64,000 nucleotides of DNA from Desulfatiglandales bacterium (GCA_963666345.1 OY762721.1:4064001-4128000); one strand, 5' to 3'. Positions 32,284 to 41,090 are shown, counted from the stretch's first letter. Numbers and translations: made by a program. Notes: a model not told the origin generated them from the letters alone.

Positions 32284-33798
32284 TTAGGGCATGTCGAATA
32301 CACCAATCAGGTTCTCATAAAGAGATACATACCTTTTGTATGCGGCATCATAAATGTCCCTGTTTTGCCGGTCGGGCAGGTATTCATTTTTTACGGTAAC
32401 CGATTTTTGAATTGCCTCTTTAAGGTCCTTGAAGATCCCCGCCCCTTTTCCCGCTATAAAGGCGGCACCGAGACAAGCGGCATCCTGATCATTTGCGGTT
32501 GTGACAATTTTTTTGTTTAACACGTCGGATTTTATCTGGTTCCATAAGGGGCTTTTGGCTCCTCCACCAAGGCATATGATCTCCTCCACAGGGATATCGA
32601 GCCCTTTGAGAACATCTACGTTTCTCCTGACGATAAAAGCTATAGCCTCCATGGTGGAACGGACAAAATGCGGTTTGCCGTGGTGGAGGGTAAAACCGAA
32701 AAACACCCCCTTCGCCTTGGGATTGGCCTCGGGGGCCATTGCCCCTTCAAGATGCGGCAGCATCACCACCCCATCGCACCCAGGTGCTACGGTTCCGGCC
32801 TCCTCATCAAGCAGGGCGTACGAATCCCTGTCGAGTACTTCGGAAAGATCAATCTCCTGCCGGCAGAATTTATCCCTGAACCATTTAAGGACCATGCCTC
32901 CGCTGGTGAAGGTGTGTGCCATGTACAGGTCGGCAATGCCATGGTAATGGCACGGCATTGCCATGTTAGGATCCATGAAGGGCCTTTCAACGGTTGCGCA
33001 GATGGCCAGCGCGGCCCCTGTATTTTCACTGAAAAGGCCGGGAGAAATGTTACCCACTCCTATGGCTCCGGCCGCCTGGTCAAGGGCTCCAGTCGTGATG
33101 ATCAATTCAGAACTGAGGCCCAGCTCCCGGGCGACTTCGGGCAGTATCGTTCCTACAACTTCACCCGATTCCTTTATCTCCGGCAATCGGCTTTCTTCAA
33201 TTTCAAGACGATCAAGCATCTCTTTCCACCAGCCTTTGGTCCTGATATTCCAGTACACGGTGGAAGAGAGCAAGGATCCCTCAGCCGCATATCTGCCGGT
33301 CAGGCGAAAGATGAAATAATCTTCCAGGAGAAGAAATTTTTCTGTCTTGTTAAAGAGTGCATTTCTGTTTTTTCTGATCCAGAGAAGTTTGGATGCCGGC
33401 CAGGTGGGGACGATTTTGACTTGCCCCGTTATTTCGTAGGTAGTGGCATCGGAAAAGTCACTGTCAAGTTCTTCGGCTTCCTTCTGTGCCCTGTTGTCGA
33501 GCCATACGATGGCGTTATGAAGCGGCGATCCATTGCGATCCAACATTACAAGGGTTTCTCCCTGTACTGACATCCCCAAAACCCCGACCTCTTTTACCGG
33601 TATCTTTGTCTTTTCGAACAGCTCCTGGATAGAGGCCTTAAAGGACTGCCAGTAGGTCTCAACAGGCAGCTCGACTTCAAGCGGGCTGGGAGTTATCAAG
33701 GAGTATTCCCTGACCGACTTGCCTACAACATTTCCCTGTTCCGTTATAAGTGCTGTTTTTATAGCGGTAGTGCCGAGATCCAGGCCCAAGATATACAT
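32284..33798 (-). CDS. FGGY family carbohydrate kinase (xylulokinase-like)
   Basis: LGLDLGTTAIK, IVWLDNRA, GALDQAAGAIG, GGGAKSPLWNQIKSDV; GAGGAGG RBS. Confidence 0.93.
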   Translation of the reverse strand: MYILGLDLGTTAIKTALITEQGNVVGKSVREYSLITPSPLEVELPVETYWQSFKASIQELFEKTKIPVKEVGVLGMSVQGETLVMLDRNGSPLHNAIVWLDNRAQKEAEELDSDFSDATTYEITGQVKIVPTWPASKLLWIRKNRNALFNKTEKFLLLEDYFIFRLTGRYAAEGSLLSSTVYWNIRTKGWWKEMLDRLEIEESRLPEIKESGEVVGTILPEVARELGLSSELIITTGALDQAAGAIGVGNISPGLFSENTGAALAICATVERPFMDPNMAMPCHYHGIADLYMAHTFTSGGMVLKWFRDKFCRQEIDLSEVLDRDSYALLDEEAGTVAPGCDGVVMLPHLEGAMAPEANPKAKGVFFGFTLHHGKPHFVRSTMEAIAFIVRRNVDVLKGLDIPVEEIICLGGGAKSPLWNQIKSDVLNKKIVTTANDQDAACLGAAFIAGKGAGIFKDLKEAIQKSVTVKNEYLPDRQNRDIYDAAYKRYVSLYENLIGVFDMP

Positions 33799-34088
33799 AG
33801 TAACCTCCTCACATTTTTATTCGAATCAAGATAGAAGACAGCCTTGCCGACTGAAAATTTGGCGGCTTTGTGAAAAAGCTAAACTGTCCCGCGTGGGGCG
33901 GGATTATGATTTATCTTTAAGTCATTGCGCTCCCGCTGGAAACGGGATATGTGTGTCTTATTCCTCAAGGCTTGAAGGCCTTGTTTCGCCTTGACGGGAA
34001 GACCTTTTAGCGTGCCGTCTGTATTTTGAATCTTTATGAACTCATAAAGATTCAGGGTTTTAAAAAAAATGTGACCGAGATGATATAC

Positions 34089-34135
34089 AAACATTAGACG
34101 TTTAGATCTTTATCGATTAGATAAGTAAGTGTCAA
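34089..34135 (-). promoter_or_regulatory. Promoter of the FGGY-kinase operon with operator copy 3
   Basis: Minus-strand TTGACA (34130-34135)-N17-TAAAGA; AAACATTAGACGTTTAGAT at 34089-34107 is identical to 22285-22303. Confidence 0.72.
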
Positions 34136-34439
34136 GAAAAAAATACCTTTTGAGCCATGATGCAGGTACCCTGTGCTCAAGCCTCCGGGTCGTCGTTTGC
34201 CGGGGAATTTGGTGAGGCAGAGAGATTACCTGAATAGCGTTTGCGTTCCCCTGAGCCGGGGCGGAAATAAGTGACTCCCTGCCTTCTCATCTCGAATATT
34301 TTATCTTTAACTTGGTCATCCTACGCCCGGAATAGCGGTCTGAACCCTTTCGGGGTAAATAGATGTCCGCTCCGTGTCTGGAGTGGTTACTTTAGGAGAT
34401 CAGGAAATTATGACGAGGCTGTTTTTTTATTAGACAAAT

Positions 34440-35825
34440 CTACAGATTCATTTTTCCCGGATTGAGGATCCCACTGGGATCCAGTAATCTTTTTATGCCT
34501 CGCATCATGTCCAGATAACTGCCTGAATGCTCAAGGGGCATAAAGGGGGCCTTGGCAAGACCGATCCCATGCTCTCCCGTCAGTGTTCCCCCGAGACTTA
34601 AGGCTAGACAAAAGATCTCTTCTGCAGCCCTGCAGGCCTGCTCGGTTTGTTCCTGATCATGCCTGTCATACATGATCTTTGGATGAAGATTGCCGTCACC
34701 TGCGTGACCGAAAACAACAAAGGGAAGGCTCAGTTTGCCGAGGATTGATGAGATACCGGTCATAAGCTCCGACACCATGGATATGGGGACGGTTACGTCT
34801 TCCGACAGATTACCCGATCCCATCTTTGCAGCTACGCTTCCGGCCCATCGTCTGGCCCGCCAGAGGGTTTCCGCCTCCTCCTGTGAGGAAGCAGTCTTGA
34901 CCTGTTTTGCCCGGTTTTTACCGAAAACCCCCTTGATTATCTTCATCTGAAAGGCTGTTTCAGTTTCAGTATAGCCGTCCGTTTCAACCAGTATCATTGC
35001 CGAGGCTTCCGGGATATCCAGATCCGTCTCTTCTCTGAGTGTATTGAGTGTGTTTTCATCAAGAATTTCAAGGACGCTTGGTATTATTCCTGAGCTGATT
35101 ACATCTTTTACAGAGTCGGCAGCGTCGGCAAGGGTTGAAAAAAAGGCCTGCGCGGTCATGCAGGCCGGAGGTCTGGGCCTTATTTTGAGTGCTATTTCAG
35201 TTATGATTCCGAGGGTCCCTTCAGAACCGACGAAAAGGCTTGTCAAATCATATTTTGCCAAGGATTTAAGACATCTGGAACCGGTCCGCAGAATCCTTCC
35301 GTCAGGCAGTACCACTTTTAGCCCCATTACATAGTCCCTTGTGACGCCGTATTTCGCCCCTCTTATGCCGCCCGCATTTGTGGCAACATTACCGCCTATC
35401 GTGCATACGCTTCCGCTTGCCGGATCGGGCGGGAAAAAGAATCCGTAAGGACTCAGTGCCGCCTGAAGATCGTCATAAACAACACCTGGCTGAAGCATAC
35501 AGGTCCTGTCGGTTATACTTATCCGAATTATCTCTTTCATTCTGCAAAGGTCCAGCACGATTCCGCCTCTGACCGGAACTGCTCCGCCTGCAAGTCCGGT
35601 CCCTGCACCGCGCGGTACGACAGGGAAACCGTGAGCGTTGGCGATTGAACATACCTTTGATACCTGTTCGGTTGTACGCGGCCATACAGCCGCTTCAGGT
35701 CTGTGTCGATGATCGGACGCATCGTATGAATATGATACAAGGTCGATCAGTGAATCGGTGAATCCGTCTTTTCCAACAGCATCGATCAATGATCCTTTTA
35801 TGTCTTTATTCAATCTGTTTTCCAC
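34440..35825 (-). CDS. FAD-binding oxidoreductase, GlcD/D-lactate dehydrogenase type
   Basis: YSYDAS, PRGAGTGLAGG, FFPPDPAS, GGNVATNAGG, GSEGTLG, GHAGDGNLH, GEHGIG, LNPGK; real start near 35813-35825 (the track's N-terminal extension overlaps the upstream gene). Confidence 0.9.
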   Translation of the reverse strand: MENRLNKDIKGSLIDAVGKDGFTDSLIDLVSYSYDASDHRHRPEAAVWPRTTEQVSKVCSIANAHGFPVVPRGAGTGLAGGAVPVRGGIVLDLCRMKEIIRISITDRTCMLQPGVVYDDLQAALSPYGFFFPPDPASGSVCTIGGNVATNAGGIRGAKYGVTRDYVMGLKVVLPDGRILRTGSRCLKSLAKYDLTSLFVGSEGTLGIITEIALKIRPRPPACMTAQAFFSTLADAADSVKDVISSGIIPSVLEILDENTLNTLREETDLDIPEASAMILVETDGYTETETAFQMKIIKGVFGKNRAKQVKTASSQEEAETLWRARRWAGSVAAKMGSGNLSEDVTVPISMVSELMTGISSILGKLSLPFVVFGHAGDGNLHPKIMYDRHDQEQTEQACRAAEEIFCLALSLGGTLTGEHGIGLAKAPFMPLEHSGSYLDMMRGIKRLLDPSGILNPGKMNL

Positions 35826-35907
35826 AGGCAAAAACCCGGTTCTAAAATGCATAAGATTCCATCGCAGGGAAGTGTATGAAGGCTTGCCCTCTTTATCCTC
35901 AATCAGG

Positions 35908-36315
35908 TCAATCTTTGAAAGGAGTGAATTTGGGCAGGCTGACGGTTTCAGATACATCCTCCCAGACAAGGTTCACAGGCATCTCGCAGAACAGTTCAGA
36001 GGGCCTGCATCCGACAATATTCGTAAGTATTTTTGGTCCTTCGGCAAGTTTGACAACCGCAGTTGCGTAGGGGAGGTCTTTTTTGAAGGCAGGGTGAAAG
36101 GCGATATGGTAGACGACATAACTGTATATGGCTCCTGTGCCGCCTGAAACAATCCATTTTGCTTCGAATGAATGGCACTGCGGGCATATTACCGAAGGCG
36201 GCCATCTAACATGGTCACAATTTTTACATTTCTGAAACCTCAACTCATGTTCTCTGCAACCTTTCCAGAATTCTTTCGTATCGGCATTGGGTCTCGGAAG
36301 TGGTTTTGAATACAT
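35908..36315 (-). CDS. DUF35 Zn-ribbon/OB-fold protein (ChsH2-like)
   Basis: FW.G, QKCKNC..WPP..CPQC, G.IYSY, PY..AVV.L.EGP. Confidence 0.92.
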   Translation of the reverse strand: MYSKPLPRPNADTKEFWKGCREHELRFQKCKNCDHVRWPPSVICPQCHSFEAKWIVSGGTGAIYSYVVYHIAFHPAFKKDLPYATAVVKLAEGPKILTNIVGCRPSELFCEMPVNLVWEDVSETVSLPKFTPFKD

Positions 36316-36316
36316 T

Positions 36317-37498
36317 TCAAAATCTCCTCAGGATTATGGCGGTGCTGCTCTGAAATACGGCCCCATTGTCCGAACATAGAATGAGCTCCGGGGTTTTGTT
36401 CCCGGTTTTCGGGCCAAGCTGCCTTTGTTCGCACCGTCCCATGAGTTGCATAACGGCCTCGGTAATCGGTGTGAGACCCATGAAATAAGACTCCGAAAGC
36501 AAGCCGCCCGAGGTGTTTACAGGGAGCCTTCCTCCGGGCGCAGCGCGCCCGTCCTTGAACCATTCCTTGCCCTCGCCGGGCCTGAAAAAACCAAAATCCT
36601 GAAGACTGATTTCAACCGTGTAGGTAAAACAGTCATATATCTCACATGCGTCAATGGCGTGCCTTGTTATGCCTGCCATCTCAAAGGCCTTTTTGCCTGA
36701 AAGGGCCGCACCGGTCGGGCCGGCCATTATATCCGACTGATGGATATCCACGGAGGTATTGTGCTCACCTATTCCCATTATTGTGACGGTCGGATGACGC
36801 AGGTCGCGTGCCCGTTCGGTTGAAGTAATTATGCATGCCCTCCCGCCATCCGAGACAAGGCAGCAGTCATCTCTTCGGAAAGGCTCCACCACCCATTCCG
36901 AATTGAAGTAATCCCGATCAGTGAGCATTTTCTTGTTTGACATTGCAAGGGGATTAATGTTTGCCCATTTTCTCTGGCTTACCGCAATTTCCTTCCATGT
37001 GTCCGGTCCTGTTCCGAACCTATGCATTGCTCTTCTGGCCGCCATAGCAAAATTTGCAACACGGCTGAATTCTCCAAAGGCGGCAATGTCGTCCGGGTGC
37101 TCACTGTTGGTGGCACCTTCTGCAAAGCTTCTTCTGCCGGACAGGGCGTTATCGCCATAAACAAGAAGCACATAATTACAGAAACCCGCATCCAAGAGGC
37201 TTATTGCGTGGAGAACCTGCCCCCTGGCACAGTAGGATTCCTGGCTCATGATCGCCGGTTGGATTCCCAGGTGCTGCGCAACAAGGTATGGGGTTACCGC
37301 TACGTCATTTGCAAGAGGATGGAACTGTCGGTAGCAGATAAGGCCGTCTATATTATCCTTGCCAAGCCCCGAGTCCTTTATGGCGTTGGCACACGCCTCG
37401 ACATGGAAGCTGAGGGCGGAGCGCTCCGGTACCCTGCCCTGGGGGGTATATCCTACGCCGACTATGGCGTATTTATCCTTGAGCCTAGTTCCTGCCAT
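36317..37498 (-). CDS. Thiolase-fold protein (SCP2/Ltp2-like)
   Basis: AIVGVG, DCCLVSDGG, IYDCFT, PVNTSGGLLSESY; 1-nt gap to DUF35; start at MAGT behind GGAG. Confidence 0.87.
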   Translation of the reverse strand: MAGTRLKDKYAIVGVGYTPQGRVPERSALSFHVEACANAIKDSGLGKDNIDGLICYRQFHPLANDVAVTPYLVAQHLGIQPAIMSQESYCARGQVLHAISLLDAGFCNYVLLVYGDNALSGRRSFAEGATNSEHPDDIAAFGEFSRVANFAMAARRAMHRFGTGPDTWKEIAVSQRKWANINPLAMSNKKMLTDRDYFNSEWVVEPFRRDDCCLVSDGGRACIITSTERARDLRHPTVTIMGIGEHNTSVDIHQSDIMAGPTGAALSGKKAFEMAGITRHAIDACEIYDCFTYTVEISLQDFGFFRPGEGKEWFKDGRAAPGGRLPVNTSGGLLSESYFMGLTPITEAVMQLMGRCEQRQLGPKTGNKTPELILCSDNGAVFQSSTAIILRRF

Positions 37499-37741
37499 GT
37501 TATAACTCCGCACCAAGTATAAAGGATTCGCCTTCCCTTTGTTGCAAGGAAAGAATAAATTATCGGGGTTACCCTGTCAAGAAAGGCCAATGTCCACAGG
37601 CATATTTGTCTTTGTGAGGACATCTTAATCGGACGTTGGATTAGGGGTGCCGGCCGGGGGGGTGCCGAATTTACGGATGCTCACTTATAGGATAGGGAAA
37701 AATCGAGTTTATGGGAAAAAGAGCAAAATTGCAAAACCGGC

Positions 37742-37770
37742 TTGACACGATTCTGCAATTGTTCTAGTGT
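37742..37770 (+). promoter_or_regulatory. Putative sigma70 promoter of dctQM
   Basis: TTGACA-N17-TAGTGT. Confidence 0.55.
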
Positions 37771-38026
37771 CGCCATTAATTAAAACAGAAAAGGTGACCT
37801 GCCTTATGCGGAAAATATTTATCATTCAGTTTAAAACCCTCGTACCCAATACCTACATGTATTAAGGCCTGCCGCCACTGTCCCAGGTGGTCAAGCAGGC
37901 TTCCCCAGACCCTTAATCCCAAATTACCGTAAAATTTAACAAAGACCTGTAAGGTTTGAGCCTCAGACCTATGCCCTGAGATGTCTTTTATCGAACATTT
38001 CGAATCAGGTCAAAGGAGTTTGTATT

Positions 38027-38506
38027 ATGTCCATTTTTGAAAAGCCCGTTCTTTCCCTGGTTTACAGATTCAACTGGATTTCATCGTTTTTGATCGTTGT
38101 AATGATGCTTCTGACCTGCGCCGATGTTGTCCTGCGCTTTTTTCGTCATCCGATCCCGGGTACATATGAGATCGTCGGATTACTTGGGGCACTGGTGATA
38201 TCCTTTTCCCTTGCCTATACATCGGAAAAAAAAGGACATATCGCAGTGGAATTTCTAGTAAAAAGGCTGCCTGCACGACTTCAGAACCTTATAAATGCCT
38301 TTAACCTAGCCATTGCAACGGTGCTTTTTTCACTTATTACAAAGGAAAGTTTTCTCTATGCAGGAGAACTCAAAAGTGCCGGTGAGGTCTCTCTCACTCT
38401 TCATATGCCTATCTATCCCTATATATATGGTGTTGCGCTGGGATGCGGTCTTTTTTCTCTTCTTCTTGTCAAAAATACCATAACCGGCATGCGGAGGCTT
38501 TTTTAA
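38027..38506 (+). CDS. dctQ: TRAP transporter small permease
   Basis: 4 TM helices; DVVLR..PIPG.YE, GHIAVE; AAGGAG RBS. Confidence 0.9.
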   Translation: MSIFEKPVLSLVYRFNWISSFLIVVMMLLTCADVVLRFFRHPIPGTYEIVGLLGALVISFSLAYTSEKKGHIAVEFLVKRLPARLQNLINAFNLAIATVLFSLITKESFLYAGELKSAGEVSLTLHMPIYPYIYGVALGCGLFSLLLVKNTITGMRRLF

Positions 38507-38507
38507 A

Positions 38508-39809
38508 GTGAATCCAATAACGGCAGGTTTTATCGGTATAGCCGCCCTGTTCCTGTTACTTTTCATGAGAACGCCGGTAGGATTTCTCATGGCCATTGTG
38601 GGTTTCCTGGGTTTCGGTTTTCTTGTATCCTTTGACGCGGCGAAGAGCCTTCTGGCCAAAGATTTTATTATGGTTTTCGGCTCCTACAGCCTTTCCGTAA
38701 TACCACTCTTTGTCCTGATGGGACAGGTTGCCTTTCACTCAGGTATCAGCACGAGGCTTTTCAAGGCGGCCTACAAATGCATAGGTAACATTCCCGGTGG
38801 CCTGGCCATAGCAACAATAGGCGCGTGCGCTGGATTTTCCGCCATATGTGGTTCAACAAATGCAACCGCGGCAACAATGGCGGCCGCGACAATTCCTGAA
38901 ATGAAAAGATATAACTACAAACCGGGTCTTGCCACCGGAGTCGTGGCGGCCGGAGGGAGCCTGGGAATACTGATACCACCCAGTGTCATATTTATCGTCT
39001 ATGGAATAATGACGGAGCAGTCGATCGGAAAACTCTTTATCGCAGGTCTTTTGCCGGGGATAATCCTTACTCTTCTGTTTATACTTTCCATATCCGTGTG
39101 GACATGGTTATGCCCCGATATAGCCCCCAGAGGCCCGAAAACAACCTTGAGGGAAAAACTCCATTCTCTGAAGGGAATATCTGAGACTTTTATCGTTTTT
39201 TCCCTCGTGATGGGAGGGCTTTTCATCGGCATGTTCACGCCGACCGAAGCAGGTGCGGTAGGCGCCTTAGGCATGATCGTGCTTGCCTTTGTGCGGCGTA
39301 AACTCTCCTGGGATTCGTTTAGAAAGTCCCTGTTTGAGACTACGCGTATTTCATGCATGATCCTGGTAATAGTGGCCGGGGCAACCATCTTCGGCCATTT
39401 TTTGGCGGTCACCAGAATCCCGTATGAGGTCGCTTACTGGATTTCCGATTCTCAGCTGCCCCCCTTTGCTATTGTGCTGCTTATTATTCTGGTGTATCTG
39501 ATAGGCGGTTGTTTCATCGATGCCCTTGCATTAATAATGCTGACAGTGCCCATATTCTATCCCGCAATAGTCGAGATGGGTTACGACCCGCTATGGTTCG
39601 GTGTGATTATCGTACTTGTTACACAGATAGGTGTTATTACCCCTCCGGTGGGAATAAATGTGTATGTTGTAGGGTCGGTGGCAAGGGATGTCCCCCTTAA
39701 TGTCATCTTCAGGGGTGTGATCCCCCTGTTGATTGCACTGGTGATAGGGACGCTTATATTGATCCCTTTTCCGCAGATAACGACCTGTTTACCCAGCCTT
39801 ATGGGTTAG
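38508..39809 (+). CDS. dctM: TRAP transporter large permease
   Basis: IPLFVLMG, GGSLGILIPPS, SIGKLFIAG, FTPTEAGA, ITPPVG. Confidence 0.93.
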   Translation: MNPITAGFIGIAALFLLLFMRTPVGFLMAIVGFLGFGFLVSFDAAKSLLAKDFIMVFGSYSLSVIPLFVLMGQVAFHSGISTRLFKAAYKCIGNIPGGLAIATIGACAGFSAICGSTNATAATMAAATIPEMKRYNYKPGLATGVVAAGGSLGILIPPSVIFIVYGIMTEQSIGKLFIAGLLPGIILTLLFILSISVWTWLCPDIAPRGPKTTLREKLHSLKGISETFIVFSLVMGGLFIGMFTPTEAGAVGALGMIVLAFVRRKLSWDSFRKSLFETTRISCMILVIVAGATIFGHFLAVTRIPYEVAYWISDSQLPPFAIVLLIILVYLIGGCFIDALALIMLTVPIFYPAIVEMGYDPLWFGVIIVLVTQIGVITPPVGINVYVVGSVARDVPLNVIFRGVIPLLIALVIGTLILIPFPQITTCLPSLMG

Positions 39810-40010
39810 GCATGCAAAAAGGTCTCAAGGATTTCCGGGTTCAAATGGAGGATGTTAAAGAATTCCGGCGCCGTCACATAGAACCTTCTTTTGCTTGCGT
39901 ATACTCATGTTTTATGCGAATAAAAAATGACGGCTTCTTTCCCGAGATGTTGCCTCAAAGCGTTATAAAAAGATTCTTTTATCGAAAAAAGCAGGTAAGA
40001 GGAGGTATGT

Positions 40011-40535
40011 ATGGAAATGGATATCTTCGAAAAGATGGATACATCGGAGCTTGCAAAGTATATCGAATTTTTGCTTTGGCACTACAGGGTAGTCGATGCC
40101 TTCTGGTTTATATTTATTGAAGATAAATACGGCAAACCTGTTGCGGAAGAAATCAATGAAAAGGTATGGGGAAGAGTCTCAGGTATGGCGATAAAGGATT
40201 TGATTTCAAAATTCAATATAGAGGAAAAGGGACTTAAAGGCTTTACAAAGACCCTGAGACTTTTTCCATGGTGCATACTTGTTGGGTATGAAATAGAGGA
40301 ATCGGATAAAGAGGTGTTTGTATCGGTAAGATCCTGTCCTACTCAGATGGCCAGGATAAAAAGAGGACTGGGTGAATATGTGTGCAAGGAAATGCACAGG
40401 AGGGAATTCGTCGGAATAGCGAATGCCGTGGATGAAAATATCGATGTGGAATGCATGTTTGCACCACCTGATCCCCATCCTGATGATATGTTCTGTAAGT
40501 GGCGTTTTACAGTTAAGGATGGAAAAAACTGTTAG
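40011..40535 (+). CDS. Conserved Cys-containing protein (DUF6125 / V4R-like)
   Basis: [28 protein letters not shown]...CKWRF; GAGGAGG RBS. Confidence 0.7.
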   Translation: MEMDIFEKMDTSELAKYIEFLLWHYRVVDAFWFIFIEDKYGKPVAEEINEKVWGRVSGMAIKDLISKFNIEEKGLKGFTKTLRLFPWCILVGYEIEESDKEVFVSVRSCPTQMARIKRGLGEYVCKEMHRREFVGIANAVDENIDVECMFAPPDPHPDDMFCKWRFTVKDGKNC

Positions 40536-40768
40536 GGCGGCTTAGGAAGTGTCATGAAAACAGAGAATTATTAATGATCGCTTAAGGAGGCTTCAGTGCA
40601 TATTTGTTTGCCGGCAGCAATTTTGACCTTGACATCCGCTCTGGTAATGGCATAAAGAATAACATCATGTTTTCAGCACCTAAAAATATTGTTAATAATT
40701 CAAAGACGGAAAAAGGCTTGTCGGGCCGCCCTTTGATGGTAATGTCATCGGGAGAGTCTGATCCTCAA

Positions 40769-40816
40769 GTGTTCGTCGACTGTAATTGGTGGTGGAACAG
40801 CTGGTGGGCATCCTGA
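40769..40816 (+). CDS. Trp leader peptide 1 (MFVDCNWWWNSWWAS)
   Basis: Five in-frame TGG codons (40787-40795, 40802-40807); GTG start behind GGAGAG, with alternative in-frame ATGs at 40736 and 40742. Confidence 0.75.
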   Translation: MFVDCNWWWNSWWAS

Positions 40817-40856
40817 GTGCTCTTTGACCTGTGAGTCGAAGAATTCTTAAAAAAAT

Positions 40857-40893
40857 AAAGCCCGCCCTTTTTAAAAGGGCGGGCTTTTTATTT
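40857..40893 (+). terminator. Attenuator terminator 1
   Basis: AAAGCCCGCCCTT / AAGGGCGGGCTTT stem followed by TTTTTATTT. Confidence 0.88.
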
Positions 40894-40908
40894 GAAAGGA
40901 AAGGATCA

Positions 40909-40965
40909 ATGATTACTAAGAGAGAGAAAAAATGGTGGTGGCTTATGCACAAGCGGCGCGGGTGA
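40909..40965 (+). CDS. Trp leader peptide 2 ([18 protein letters not shown])
   Basis: ATG behind AGGAAAGGA; three consecutive TGG at 40933-40941; TGA at 40963. Confidence 0.82.
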   Translation: MITKREKKWWWLMHKRRG

Positions 40966-41003
40966 ACTTCAGGCAGATGCCTTTAATGTTTACTCCAAGG
41001 CAT

Positions 41004-41042
41004 AAGCCCGCCGCTCATAAGAGCGGCGGGCTTTTTTTATTT
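41004..41042 (+). terminator. Attenuator terminator 2
   Basis: AAGCCCGCCGCTC-ATAA-GAGCGGCGGGCTT followed by a T run, about 50 nt before trpB2. Confidence 0.9.
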
Positions 41043-41090
41043 AATTATCTGAAAATAACAGAACAATACCGACAAAAAAAGGAGGCAACA

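Noticed and set aside
32668..33570. 300-aa plus-strand ORF, and similar long antisense ORFs (22870-23628, 29367-30119)
   Set aside because: They overlap well-supported genes on the opposite strand and have no motifs
35826..35969. N-terminal extension of the GlcD-like ORF
   Set aside because: It overlaps the DUF35 gene; family similarity starts near 35813-35825
37780..38020. Cobalamin riboswitch (GCCACTG and AGACCT fragments)
   Set aside because: It lacks the AGGGAA, CCCGC-ACTGT and GGGAAG core elements in the correct order
39812..40120. 102-aa ORF after dctM
   Set aside because: It overlaps the better-supported 40011 gene, has no RBS and no recognisable features
40604..40735. 70-aa ORF as a full protein
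   Set aside because: Only its Trp-rich 3' end is meaningful; the upstream part has no RBS and overlaps probable promoter DNA
40932..41090. 53-aa N-terminal extension of TrpB2 in the ORF track
   Set aside because: It runs through leader 2 and terminator 2; a strong AAGGAGG RBS marks the start at 41091
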